DNA of 63,063 nucleotides, filler included, from Intoshia linei (lineage: Eukaryota > Animalia > Orthonectida), in NCBI GenBank assembly GCA_001642005.1. It is 4 parts of 4 records of this genome, joined end to end, with 100 filler letters (N's around TTAATTAATTAA, not from the genome) between each part and the next. Parts side by side here need not be neighbours in the genome. Positions count along the whole stretch, not along the records: positions 1 to 24,483 come from LWCA01000531.1; 3 more parts are not named here. One strand, written 5' to 3'. Below the pieces are notes generated by a model. It was given only the letters and a program-made list of their open reading frames with translations. It was not told the DNA's origin and ran no database searches. Of this stretch, positions 9,001-21,900 are shown one piece after another (position 1 is the first letter of the stretch; each line of letters starts with the position of its first letter). Both the position numbers and the translations under genes were made by a program.

Positions 9001-11789
9001 TTATAATATAATCATATTTTCATAGTAATAACAAACATAAATCAAATTCAGGTATGTCTCAATTTTTTTCGGGAAATCCCGGTAATTTTGTCCCGGTTTT
9101 TTTCCCGGGACAATTACTAATTTTCACATGTCAACAGTTTACGTTGTATGGAATTTTTATGAAACTTATCACGCTTTTTGATACTCCAAAAAACAAATTA
9201 GTCGTTAAATTTTCAAAATCGTTTGTTTATAAAGAGGTTTCACTGTATTATTAAGTTTCAAAATTGTATGTATTTATAATTATATCTATGCAAACCATAA
9301 AAGAAAATTTGAACAAAAATTAGTCTATTATTAATAGATAATAAAAATAATTTTTTTGTTCAACTATTGATAAAACTAACCAAAAAATTTAATTATTATA
9401 TTGCATTTAGTTTAATCTAATTAAAAATATACTATTATTTTATTTAAAAAAGATAAATATAGGAAAATTTTATCTAATGCGCAAAAATAGACGGTTAATT
9501 ATCTAAATGGAATGTGACATGTTGCAAAATTTACAATGTAAACAATAAATTTCAAAATTTAAATGTGAACATAAGTGAAGCATGATTTCGCGGGCTGTAG
9601 TTTGCCCACCACTATTCTAAAATAACGGTTCCCAAACCTGTGAAGACAATTTTTTATTTTTAAATTTTATTATATCGTAACTGAAAAAAGCTGCATTAAA
9701 TGTGATCTTTTTTCAATTCTAGGACTATTCGGTTTTGTTAAAAAATAACGATAAAGCACATACAGACACACACAAACTCTAGTTATACTTTAAACTTAAA
9801 ATACATCTTAAACTTTAAAATATTATAGGTCTCGTTTTATTATAAATAAACCTTTAAAAATATGATGAATAATTTGGGGTTTTTACCCTGATAGACTCAA
9901 TTTCTGAAATCTAATTTGCGATAAAATGCATTAGATATTGGTCTTTTTAAAACATTTTACTTTCGTAAATAAAATGGAACAAATAAAATTAAAAACTGGA
10001 ACCCTCCTTAAAATATGTTAAAAAAAAAACTCGCTTGAAAATATGATAAAAAATTTCCTAAAAACCCCCTCAAAACAATGCAAAAAAATCCCTAAAAACC
10101 ATATTTAAAATATTTTTTTTTACAGTTTTATATATACACTAGTGAATGTTATGTACTGCGTACAAACAATATCTAGCTCTGTCAACGGCATATTTTTATT
10201 CTACCAAAAAAATATATTCAATAATAAAATGTAACTTAAAAATGCTACTATTCACAATTATCAATCGTTTAAAGGAGTGGTTGCCAAATGTTTTCACGTA
10301 GACCCGTCATATCACATTACCTTTTAATTTAAAGTGAATTATTTCCACATAATTGAGAAGAAATGAAGCCCCATCACGCCAAAATTTTGTTAAGGCAACC
10401 GAAGAGGGTCTATTTTTTACTATTACTCAAACAATTAAATATAATGGTTCGCAAATACAAATTGTTTTTTTATTAACAATTAGCAATTAATTTATTTTAA
10501 GGCATAAAAAAAATTTTTTATTTTACTTTGAAAAATTGTTGGTGAATAATGGATGCTTCACTGTATACTAAAAATAATTTTGATTTTACAAGATTAAATT
10601 CGTATGTTTAATGTTGCGATAGTGATGAGTCATATAACTAAATAATATTGCCGGTAACAATATTTTTAAGGTACTAGTAGCAAAACTAGCCCCTTGACCA
10701 TCATGCTAGGAATTTTATATTTTTTTAATAAAAATGTAATTATTACATGAAACAGTATTTTTCTATTGGATCAAATTACTATTGAAATACATCAATTCAT
10801 TACATCGTAATATTTATAATTTTGACAAAAAAGAATATTTATTTACCTTAATCCTTGATGCAACAGAGTATAAACTAGAGTGACTTTATAAACTCTCAAT
10901 TTAGGGTGATTAAAAACAACTCTAATATATTTGGTAGGTTTCCACTTAATAAAATGATAAAAATTAAAGAATTTTTACAGTATTTTCAAAATATTTTTTT
11001 TCAATTTCAACATGAATGTCTTGAGTTTCATCATAAACATTTATCAAATACAAAGGCATGTATATAATAGTTTCAACAAGTATTCTGTAATAAGATTTGT
11101 GTTTCAAAATAAACTAAAAATAAATAAGCATAAAAAAAACAACAGACAAAGACATGTATCGTAAGTATCGTAAATTCAGCAAAATGCTAGTATAATTTAC
11201 GCTCTAGAAATTTTTCTTCAAAAGTGATTATAAATCTTGGCGAATCTTAATCATTGAAATGTATTATTAAAACTCACTGCTCTAAACGATTTCATTATGA
11301 TATTTCCGTCAATATCATAGTGTTCAATAGAAATATCAGTCATGCCTATATCAAAATTGTTTGGATTTTCTGGAAGTTTAATTGCGGCTTTGATATTGTA
11401 AAAATTTCCAGGGGTAAGTAGTTCCTAAAATAAATAGATTATATAGATATAAAGACATACATTATAAGAATATAAACCAATGATCCCATTCAAAATGGAT
11501 ATAGGGTAATCAAACGTTTCACATCCAACCAGAGATTTTTTTTGAGTATCTTGACACGTTTTCCTAATTTTTCATAAATTAAAAAAAATTAAATAAATGA
11601 AAATAATTACGCAATTGACAAATTAATGTCATAATTATGAATTAATGGACACATGTAATAGTAATGGACAATGAAATACAAGGAAACACTGAGCCAGGAG
11701 ACAACAATAAATAGCACACAAAGGTACAATATTCTGATAGCTGCTGTTCCTAATTGCGAAGAAAGCAGAGCAAAAGAGTAGTGCAACAT
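6079..11789 (-). CDS. BSCL2: Seipin (lipid-droplet biogenesis), multi-exon
   Basis: TM1 WLSVSLYFIVHYYYM; luminal LLTPGNFYNIKAAIKLPENPNNFDIGM (cf. LELPESPVNQDLGM); FILKHKSYYRILVETII; LHQGLR spliced across intron 6215-10846 to NIVNYWPITTAII TM2 (cf. GLRYLLYNFP). Start codon approximate. Confidence 0.9.
7003..7457. mobile_element. hAT (Charlie/Buster-type) MITE
   Basis: Perfect TIR cagtgctttccaacc / ggttggaaagcactg; 8-bp TSD gtctaaat / gtctaaag. Confidence 0.9.
8218..9245. mobile_element. pogo/Tc1-type MITE nested in 8003-9614
   Basis: TIR cagtgaaacctctttataaa / tttataaagaggtttcactg flanked by TA on both sides. Confidence 0.9.
8298..9119 (-). mobile_element. Non-autonomous hAT element (TAG-terminal) carrying a transposase C-terminal dimerisation domain
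   Basis: TIR tagtgattgt / acaattacta; TSD attttccc / attttcac. ORF 8498-8929 contains TVQPTSTQNERNFSTASNFVTKRRTRLKDESINIMCF (hATC motif). Confidence 0.9.
10139..10350 (-). mobile_element. Helitron 3' terminal fragment
   Basis: Minus strand ends CTAG|T with a subterminal tgtac..gtaca hairpin. The same terminus recurs at 7882, 34963, 47956 and 62956. Confidence 0.7.
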
Positions 11790-12106
11790 ATCTTTAATAT
11801 ATTGTGCTAAATATATTTGCCAATTGAACTTCAGGTAGTAGATATTACTCTAGTTACACATGACACAAATTGGTAACATACAAAATTAATCTAACTATAT
11901 TTCATATTAGAAATTCTGCTACTGGTTTAGTTTTGCAAAAAGTAACGAGAGTGCGCTTTATTTTCAAATCAGTAGAAAGTTTTTACATTTGCACCGAGTG
12001 TTGTTATTGAATATTCTGTGGAATTTTATTAGTAAATATTTACACTTGTTGGTATACCATTTTAAATTTTCATTTTATCTGCAATTTTACGATTAATTTT
12101 AACGAT

Positions 12107-12866
12107 ATGGACAATTCTAATAATTCCGTCACCAAAGATGAGCCAATTATCTGTCCTTGTGGCTTCCATGGGTAATACTTATGTTTATGTCGATTTTGCT
12201 AATTTTATTCTAGAACACTTGAAAAGAAAGGGTTTTGCTCCGTTTGTTACAAGAGTAATTTTTTTTAAAACTAAATTTAACTGGATTGACTTTTAGCAAT
12301 TTTCAAGGAGGGAGAAAAACGTTCATTTTTTATTGACTTTCTTAATAATTTTTAGGAGAAATTGAACAAAGAGAGAAGGAAAAAGAATCACAGATGGATT
12401 TAGAATCCATACAAGATAATGCGACTGGCGATGAAGAAAGTTTGACTGAAGAAATTAGAAAAGAAATAGACTCTGCCGAAAAGCCATCAATTTCAAAAAT
12501 ATCAAAAGTTGATACATCCATCAGCTCAAAATCCTCGTGCACCTTGACCACCCCAGATAAAACTCTGTAAATGAAACGTGTGAATTTATTTAATTTTAAC
12601 ATTTAGTATAAAATCTCGTTGTGGTATTTGCAAAGCTCGTGTACCGATTTCTACTGTTTGTCTTGGTCCCTGCCAGTGTGGTATGCACCATTTTATTTTT
12701 TTCAGTTTTTTTAGATGCTTTCTTTTGTCCACTTCATCGTTTACCGGAACAACACGATTGCACATTTGATTACAAAAATGATGGTCGCCGAAAGGATTTG
12801 GCCAAAATTATCTCACCACGAAAAAACATGGGGAATAAAGTTAAACGTATAGACGAAAACCAATAA
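12107..12866 (+). CDS. ZFAND3: A20/AN1 zinc finger protein, ZFAND3-like
   Basis: Spliced A20 finger CPCGFHGTLEKKGFCSVCYK; AN1 finger CGIC...CQC..FCPLHRLPEQHDCTFDYK. The RLPEQHDCTFD signature matches ZFAND3. Confidence 0.88.
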
Positions 12867-12949
12867 TTGTATTCCATTAAAACTTGTATATTACCAATCT
12901 AACCTGCATTTCAATCATAAATATTTATTTTACACTATGTACAAGTTGG

Positions 12950-15900
12950 CTATTCGTCGTGTTCGCATTTAGGCACAATGCATTTGAAGGTTGTCAGTGG
13001 GTATTTATATTTTAGCATTTTTATTTCGGGTGAGCATTCACCAATTATCACGTTTCCGTAATTGTCGTACAAGATTTCGTAACCTCTATCCGTTTTAAAA
13101 ACATTCCCCGTTATCAAATCATCGCTTATTTCAACGTGCAATCTACGATATTTATAAACAGGTGTATTTTATTAATGTATTTATTACCCTGATAAGAATC
13201 TTTTGCATATCGAATTGATAGCGTCCCGTAGTTTAAATTTCATTGATATCTAGAATATATATCATCATTAACGCTTATATTTAGTTCAAGGACATTTATT
13301 GACTATTCAACTACATTTCGTATTTTTGGGTCATAACTGAAAATGTAGTTGATAGTCAATAATATTTAAATACAGCTACGTTATTGCTCAGTATACAATA
13401 CAATATTCTATTTATGTGACAAACAACAAAATTTACCTGAAATATCAAATTTTTTCTTGTTGCAGGTTTTACGAGTAACGGGTAATGCATGTAGTCGTCA
13501 TTTAATTTTATGTAAATCAAGACTAAATTACATGTAATTTGTATTTACAATTTGTATGAAATGTACAATATGATGGCTGCGATAACAAATATTTGCAATA
13601 TGATACAATTTAATGCATTTTCATTATTATGGGAGATACATAACATTATTAATTTTAATAATATTAATTATTACTAATTAAAATAGTATTGATTTTCAAC
13701 GATACAATTTTTTAAATATATTATTTTAAATTATATTCCACTCTTTTTGCGTGTAAGCCCACATAAACTAATTATCAAATAAATTGTATACGTTTTAAAG
13801 CAAACTAATAAGTTATTAGTTTAGTTTAGTAAATTTTCTAATTATTTCTGGTTAATATGGTCAATACTAAATGTTTAAAATTTAAGACAAATTCTAAATT
13901 ATTCTAATTTTAAATGTCAAGATTAAACTGATCTTTTGGAATTTATTAATGAAATCGGATTTTATAATTATTGTATACAGCAGCGGTTCCCAAATGCGCT
14001 ACTGGGACCCCTATGGGTCCCAGAAATGCATTCTAATAATATTCTAATCAGGATTGGGAACTAATATCTTAAAGCAGTGGATCCAACATTTTTTAGTGTT
14101 CCGGCCTCTAATAAAATTGTAATAAAAATGTGTGTGTTTTATTATCAAAAATAAAACATCAAAATATTCAACTTCTAACGACCTACCAGTTGTGAACCAC
14201 TGTTTTAAAGTGACCGACAATTTATAATAAATTTTTTAATTAAACTCAATCTATTTTAAAATAATTATGTAATATTTGAAATTTTAGCTTCATGAGCTTT
14301 GTCAATTTTATTAATTTTAGGTAGAATATGAGACAAAGATATTCTCATTTCTTCTTCAATATATTTAATTATTTGTCTTTTTTTATGTTTAATATTAACC
14401 CTTACGAGACAATGCTGATTTTAAAATTAAAAGCAAAAAATTTCACTTTTGAAGCTTAAAATTCACAACTTTTAAATATCATTATCTTTTTAAAGTGAAC
14501 AAATTAAATTTTGCTTTAATTTGGCTGAAAATAAACAATAAAAAAAATTTTTCAATTTATGACACGAAATTATATAATCAATTGAACAAATCACACATGT
14601 TTCGGTAACATGTATTAATATACATTGTATATAGCTATTATGCATTTCATTCTCTTTCATTTCATTTAATTTTTTTGATTACAATATCAACCGTAACGAT
14701 TAATTATGAAACGTGAATTATAAAGTATAATTAAATAACTACTCTAAATTTTCCATTTCTAAATATAGAAATCGGATAGAATCCGAGATTACATTTCAAC
14801 TCATTTTTTGGAATAAATTTTGATATACTTAACCAAAAAATTAATTTTGATATCATTTTTTTCAGTTTAATTTAATTAATAATATAACATAATCTAATTC
14901 AATAAGGGTTTGAGTTGAAAAATTTTATCTAATGCGCAAAAACTGAAATAATCTGAAAAAGCAATAATAAATTTATTTTTGATATACTCAACCAAAAAAA
15001 TAAATTTTTATATCATTTTCCTCAGTTTAATTCAATTAAAAATAATCAATTTTTGTAGTCAATAAGGGTTGCAATAAAAATTTTATTGCCAAAGAGTATA
15101 TAGCACATTGTTATATTTGCGGCAAGCAATCAAATTTAATTCCTAAAATAAAATAATTCTTTCCAAAATTAAGCAACTTTTGCAAAAAGATAGTGGCCAG
15201 AAAAATACATACTATCACTTTTAGTTTATTTGGAATAAATTTTAAACCGAAAATTTTTATTCGTCATCATAGATAGGTAGTTTTGGCTTTACATTTATCA
15301 TCAAATTAATTAAACAGTAATTAAACATTACAGCTTTTATAGAAACAGACCTCATGCTCAATGACCGGTTCAAAAACATTTTGACAAAAATTGTCATTCA
15401 AATATTCTAATTTACAAATCGGCCAAATTTATTTTTGGAATGGAACATATAAAACCACTGCAAATGAACTACCAAAAAAGAAATATGTAAACAAGGATAT
15501 TCTTATCAAAGTAAAAAATTAAATTTATATAATTATTATGAATTTTAATTCCAAATTTTATTGATATAATTGGTCCCTACAAACCCCAGTTAAGAATGAA
15601 AAGCTGTACAACCCACAATTTTTACAAAATAAAAACATTTTATGGTGTTTACACGGAAAATACGAGTATAAATATAAATAGAGTGGAAAATACAAATCCC
15701 TAGACATATAAACCTCGAAATAATTCACCAGCGGTTGAATGTTCAAAATTAATTAAGAAAAACTGATGTATATTTTTAATTATATTAAATGTAAATTATT
15801 ATTATTAGTTGGGAAGAACGATCTATGGACTTTGATGACATGGATTCTGAACTTATGAATGATTCTCAAATTTTATATACGGACGATGCTGAACCATCCA

Positions 15901-18900
15901 TATACGAGGATGAGAGGCAAGATATGCTAAGTTCTGTAGATAAACCAATCGCATATACCCAAAAACAAGATCAATAAAATCAGATTATAATCACTTATAT
16001 AGTCTTAAATGCAAATTAATTAATAAAAATTAAATGTTAATCTTATTCTCAACATTTTTATTGGTATAATTCTTATCAGTACTGATCCGCGCACCAGCAT
16101 TCTAAAAACGCTGCAATAGGAGGTTTGTGGCAAAATCGACACAAAAAATATTCAATTATTATTATGTAATGATAGTTTATATCAGGGTGACAACCAGTGA
16201 CCACAGAATAATTTTGGTGGCTCTTTGAGTAAATATGTGAATTATTTATTTTTCAAGTTTTAAACATTTTCTACTATAATTATCTCATTATAATCATTTT
16301 AATACTGAATTTTCAAATCGCCCTGGATTTTATTTTGCTTAATATTAATGATTTTAATAATATTAACATTAATGTATATATATATTAAATCGCATGAGAT
16401 ATAAAGCGTAAATTGAACGTTAAATACCGTTATAAAAAAATGTACAGTTTCTGCAAAAACTTTAATCATTTTGTAAATGTTGAATTTAGTTGGTTAAAAT
16501 AATAGTAAATGGTACATTTATAGTTTGATTTACTTTACATAAAATGAAAATATGAACTACTTATATATTTTGAAAAGTATGCGTTTATACTCATGTATCA
16601 ATAAGAGAACTGCGAAGTTCGCAGCTGTAATTTGCATTTACCAGTATATGATACATATACATCTTAACATGTGTTGTTTTGATAACATCACTATGATTTC
16701 ATAATTATCAAATTTGATAAATTGATATGTGATATATTATTATCACATTAAATTAGGTCTTAAGTTAAGACGTGTGTTACATGCAGTTTAAAATTTGACG
16801 TCAAGTCAAATATTAATAGCCTGATTATATATTGTCAAACCTAGTGAATAATGAGAATTATAAACATTATTATAAATATATTGTATTTACTTAAATATTA
16901 CTATTATTTGCTATAATATTTAATAGATTCTTATCTTAATTTGCAGTTTAAATAAAAATTAGAGTTTAAAATAAAATTTATTTAATTTCTAAAATTAAAA
17001 TTTAAAGTTCCAGTTTTTACTTTAAAATTACAAAACTTAAAAATATTTCGTGTTAAACACCAAAAAGTATATTTTAATTAAATTTTGTATTTCAACTGTT
17101 AACCTAATACGATTGTATATCCTTTACTTATATAAACATGAATGTCTGTGTGTGTTTGTGTGTAACTTTCAAAATTTATTGAAAAAATTGAACGTCGCAA
17201 GATTTAAAAAACCTAATTTTTCATAGTCTTTCCCAGGACGTGTTTTTACGTGTTTGTATCTATTTTTCAGTTTCAGAATTTGAGTCCTTCATGGTCAAAA
17301 ACACAATTTTTCATTTTGTTTACAAAAAAATCAGCCCAAAATTTTAATAAAACATACATTCTGGAATATGTTTGAAAATCATTAACATTGTCGTTAATCT
17401 CAGCCTCAGAAACGCATACCTTCATAGTCAAAACCACAAATGACCCTTTGTTTAAAAAATGAAACATATCCTAAAATTTTTTTTAAATATAAATTCTGGG
17501 ATGGTTTTTAAAATCATAAACATTATCATAAATGGAAACCTCAAAAAAAATAATTTTCACGATCAAATTTACCAGATTACCTTTTTTTTAAAATGAAAAC
17601 AGCCCGAGAACTGAAAAAAGATTATAGATGGTACAGTTGTATCCTGTTAAAACACACAAAAAATTTCAATCCGAATACTAAAATGCTTTTTTGACCGTGA
17701 AATCGTCACTTATTCGGATTAAAATTTTTAATAATAACAGGATACAACTTTACCACCTGTAATTTTTTTTTAAATTCTAGTGCTGTTTTCATTAAATAAA
17801 GAAGGTTAATTTGGGTTTTTGGCCCTGAAGATATAATTTTTTTAAATTTATGGTAATGTTTATGATATTAAAATTATGATATCCGTATCAGTGTATATTT
17901 ATTTTTTAAATTCTCCAACTCATTTGATTTTCAAAAAGAGGGATAATTGGGGTTTTCGACCCGTAAGATGTGAGTTTTAGAGGTTGAAATTTATCTTATA
18001 CGTCTCGGAAAAAACTGTAATTGAAATGTGGACTTTATAAAATTCTAAGACTGGTAGTTATTTCAATAAAGTGGAACACACACACACAAACAAAAATCGC
18101 GTAGCATATTATATAAGTTAGGAATATGTATATTAATACTATGGTGAACACCAAAAATATCAACATTTCATCATACATCAAAAGGTCTTTACTAAATTTA
18201 AGTCATCAAATAAAAAGTATTTTTGTTTTATTATTATAATTTATATTTTTATCGTATTTAATCTTTTCATATAATCTAATATCCATGTATTTTTCGTATA
18301 AAAATATAAGGTTTGCCCTGAAGTAAAAAAGATTAAGAAACACTCCTTTAAAAACTAAAAAATTATCTAAAAGTTACTTGAATCTTCTTGGGTGGATGTA
18401 GAGGTTGAAATGTATTTTTTATTATTTACAATAATACATTCTTCATTTGGTGGTTCTACGTTATCTATTTGTTCAATGATGGGTTTTTCGTCAATTAAAT
18501 GTATAGTTTCTTCTTTTGGGTAATCAGCAGAAAAGGTAGGTGATATTGAATCAAAATTGTAATTATCTTTTACACTACAATTACACATTAAATTATTTAA
18601 AGGTCCATGCTCCTTGTTAAAACACATTGTTGTAGATAAATAAACATAATTAACATATTTGTACCCATTTATACACTAAATGAATCACATGATTTACTTG
18701 AATAATTTTAGTTAATTTTTTTTTGTGTTTAAAACGTATGTTATTTTGTGTTTTCGTTCTTGATAATTTTAAAAACACAAATCCTAATACTGTTCTACGA
18801 GATTGATGCAATATCTGTATTTTTAGTCTCTGAATTTTGTATCTTCGTTTTTAACTACAAATTACCAATTATCTTGAAAAATTAAAAAAGTAACAGTTTT

Positions 18901-21900
18901 TTTCCACTCAACACACAAAACATTGAATCTCAGAAATTTTTATTAAAACATACATATTTTTAATATTCTAATATTGAATTAATTACAAATTACATCTTCC
19001 GATCAAAAACGTATTTTAATATTTTTTAAATTTTAGGCTTAAAATTATACAAGGCAAAAAAAATTTTATTTTTTTAATTTCTCCACTTTTAATTTCAATT
19101 ATTTAACCGGGAACACCAAGGTGTGAAAAAATTAAAAAAGATGTAAGTTTAGATGCGGCATCTCTCTAGTATCAATTTTATTATTAATAATTTAATATAT
19201 AATTTAAAAACCCATAGACTTATTAATTATGCTTAATGATAGAGTTAGCAAATAGTTGTCCACACAATAATTTTTGTGGCCATTTGAGTAAATATGTAAA
19301 TTATTTATTATTAAATTTTTTAACTTTAAAACACCATTTTAAATATATTCTACTATAATTGGGTCATTATAATTATTTTTATACTGAATATTCAGATCGC
19401 ACTAAATTTTAAACCATCTTTAAATTGAAAATTGAAATGTATCACATGTATATTTTCAAAAACGGACCCGTAGCATTTATTGATATATAAAAATGCTTTT
19501 GCACTGGGTTTATTTTGAAACAATTATATAACCTCGTTATAGGTTTCTATTAATAATAATGATAATAATAATCTACCTGTCTTCACAATTCACTTGTTCA
19601 GAAATAATTGGCATTTCAGAATCAGTTTGATCATTTTCTATTTCATCAAATTTTTTCTAAATATGTATCTAATTCAAATTTTTATGTTAATTTATAATAC
19701 ATTTTGCATAGGGTTAAATAATAAAGGTTTTCTTTTTTGGTTATTGATTCTGTAGAATAGTGTGTAATTTGTTTGTTTGTGGTATAGGTTATTGGCTAAA
19801 TGTAATATAACGTACTTTCAGAATTATATATCCACTCTTTAAAAAGATCTATTAGTCAACACTCTGACATGGCTAATAATCGTGTTACTTATAAATTTTT
19901 TTATAAAAAATATCAGAATTTTTTTAATTTAAATTGGTAGAGGGCCTTTAGATACAGTGGCCAGAAAAATACGTACTATCACTTTTATTTGGAATAAATT
20001 TTAAGCCGAAAATTTTTATTCGTTATCATGGATAAGTAGTTTTGATTTCATATTTAACACCAAATAAACTAAAAGTGATAGTACGTATTTTTTTCTTGAT
20101 ATTTTACTTTAGAGCAGGTTTCTTAACCTTTTTAAAATTTAACAACTCGTCAGTGAGACCAATTATTTCCAGCACCCCTGTAATAAATTAAAAAATGATA
20201 CCTTAAAATTCACGTAAAAATCTAACTTAAAAATCCTACTATTCACTATTATTAATCCTTTAAAGGAGTCGTTCCCAAACTTGTTTCAGGTGGAACAATC
20301 ATATCACATTACAATTTACTTTAAAGTGAATTATTCAATCTTAATGTTTTTTAACATTTGCATAAAGAATTTTAAAAACAATTGTCATCATATTTATTTA
20401 ATTTATTAGACAGAATGTGTGTATAATATTAAAAATAAAATAAATACAGTCCAATCCTAAAAATTGTCATAAATAGCATAAATTCCGGAAAAACTGAAAA
20501 TATATGAATACCAAAATGCTTTTTTGACCGTGAAGTAATCACTTATTCGGATTGACATTTTTTGTCTATGTTACCAGAATACAACTGTACCACCTGTAAA
20601 TTTTTTTAAATTTTAGAGCTGTTTTCATTAAAAAAAAGGGTGATTTGTGGTTTTGGTCCTGAAGATATATTGTTAATAAATTTAAATATAGGATAATATT
20701 TATGATTTTAAAATCCGTATCAGAGTATATATTTTTTTAAATTCTCCAACTCGTTTGATTTTCAAAAAAAAACAATTCGACTTTTTGATCCGTAAGATGT
20801 GAGCTTGGGAGGTTGAAATTTATTTTGCTAACACCCTGAAAAAACTGTAATTGAAATGTGGAGTTTATAAAATTATAAGACTGGTAGTTATTGAAATAAA
20901 CGGTAACACACAAACAAATATTTTACATAAACAATACGACTATTATTATTATTATGTCTATACTTTTTAACATATGTATTTTATTTTGTATGTTTCAAAT
21001 ATCAACAAATTTAAAACTATTAATGCGTTTACATGCAAATATAGACTAGATTATGTACATATTACATTGTACAATGTAGAATGTTCAATATGGTTGTCAT
21101 AACTAAATCAAGACTTAAATCTTAAAATTCCAAAAACTTAATTTTTTTCTTTCCAAACCTTTCTTATTTTTTTTTATTTTTTTAGTTATATCGCAATTCC
21201 CCTATCTACCGACTCTATAGTTAAAAAATCTGCATTTTAATTTTTGTCCATTTTTTGTTAAATGTCGATAATGACGTTTAAACTTTAAACGTTATTATAA
21301 TAATTTGAATAATCAATATGTATACAAAAATAATTAAATGGTTTACAAAATTGATTATTTTTTTTCATATTTTCTAATTTTTTCTTTTCGTCTCTCATTT
21401 TTCTACCGGCACCCTAAAATTATTACAGTTAAATTATAATCATGATAATATATTGAAAAATTGAGTAAAAAAATCTCAAAAACTTTGTCACTCACCTGTG
21501 AACGGTGTCGACCGTATTGTAGTGCTTTTTATTATTTTGATGAGATAAAGGTTGATTTAAAATTATCATTGCGCCACCAAAATTAAATTATCATCATTTC
21601 TTTCTACTGCAACTAAACCCCATCCAAAAAACAGGTTTTTCTATACTTCAAAGGTTAATTAAAACGTATTAATGGGCACACTGATAATATTCTCAAATTA
21701 AATCAAGATTCGTGAACCTAGCTGAATATTAACTCTGCATTTTGATCATTGCACTAGATATGTCACATTTTGATATGTTATGAATATTAAATTACCTTAT
21801 CACGAAAAACTTTAATTTGACTAAATGCACTGTGAAAAGCTGATAGTTTGTTGGACATAACATACGAATCAACTTGAATGTGAAGTGGAACTCCCTACGT

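Larger units (their letters stand above)
8003..9614. mobile_element. hAT (Charlie/Buster-type) MITE, outer element of the nest
   Basis: TIR cagtggtgggcaaact / agtttgcccaccacta; TSD ttctaaag / ttctaaaa. Confidence 0.88.

Noticed and set aside
14396-15075. piggyBac-like ends (ttaaccctta...taagggtt) with a duplicated right end
   Set aside because: Right TTAA target not intact and TIR too short to call confidently.
15363-15371. gaccggtt as a Grainyhead autoregulatory site
   Set aside because: Imperfect single site lying in a coding-like remnant; expected by chance.
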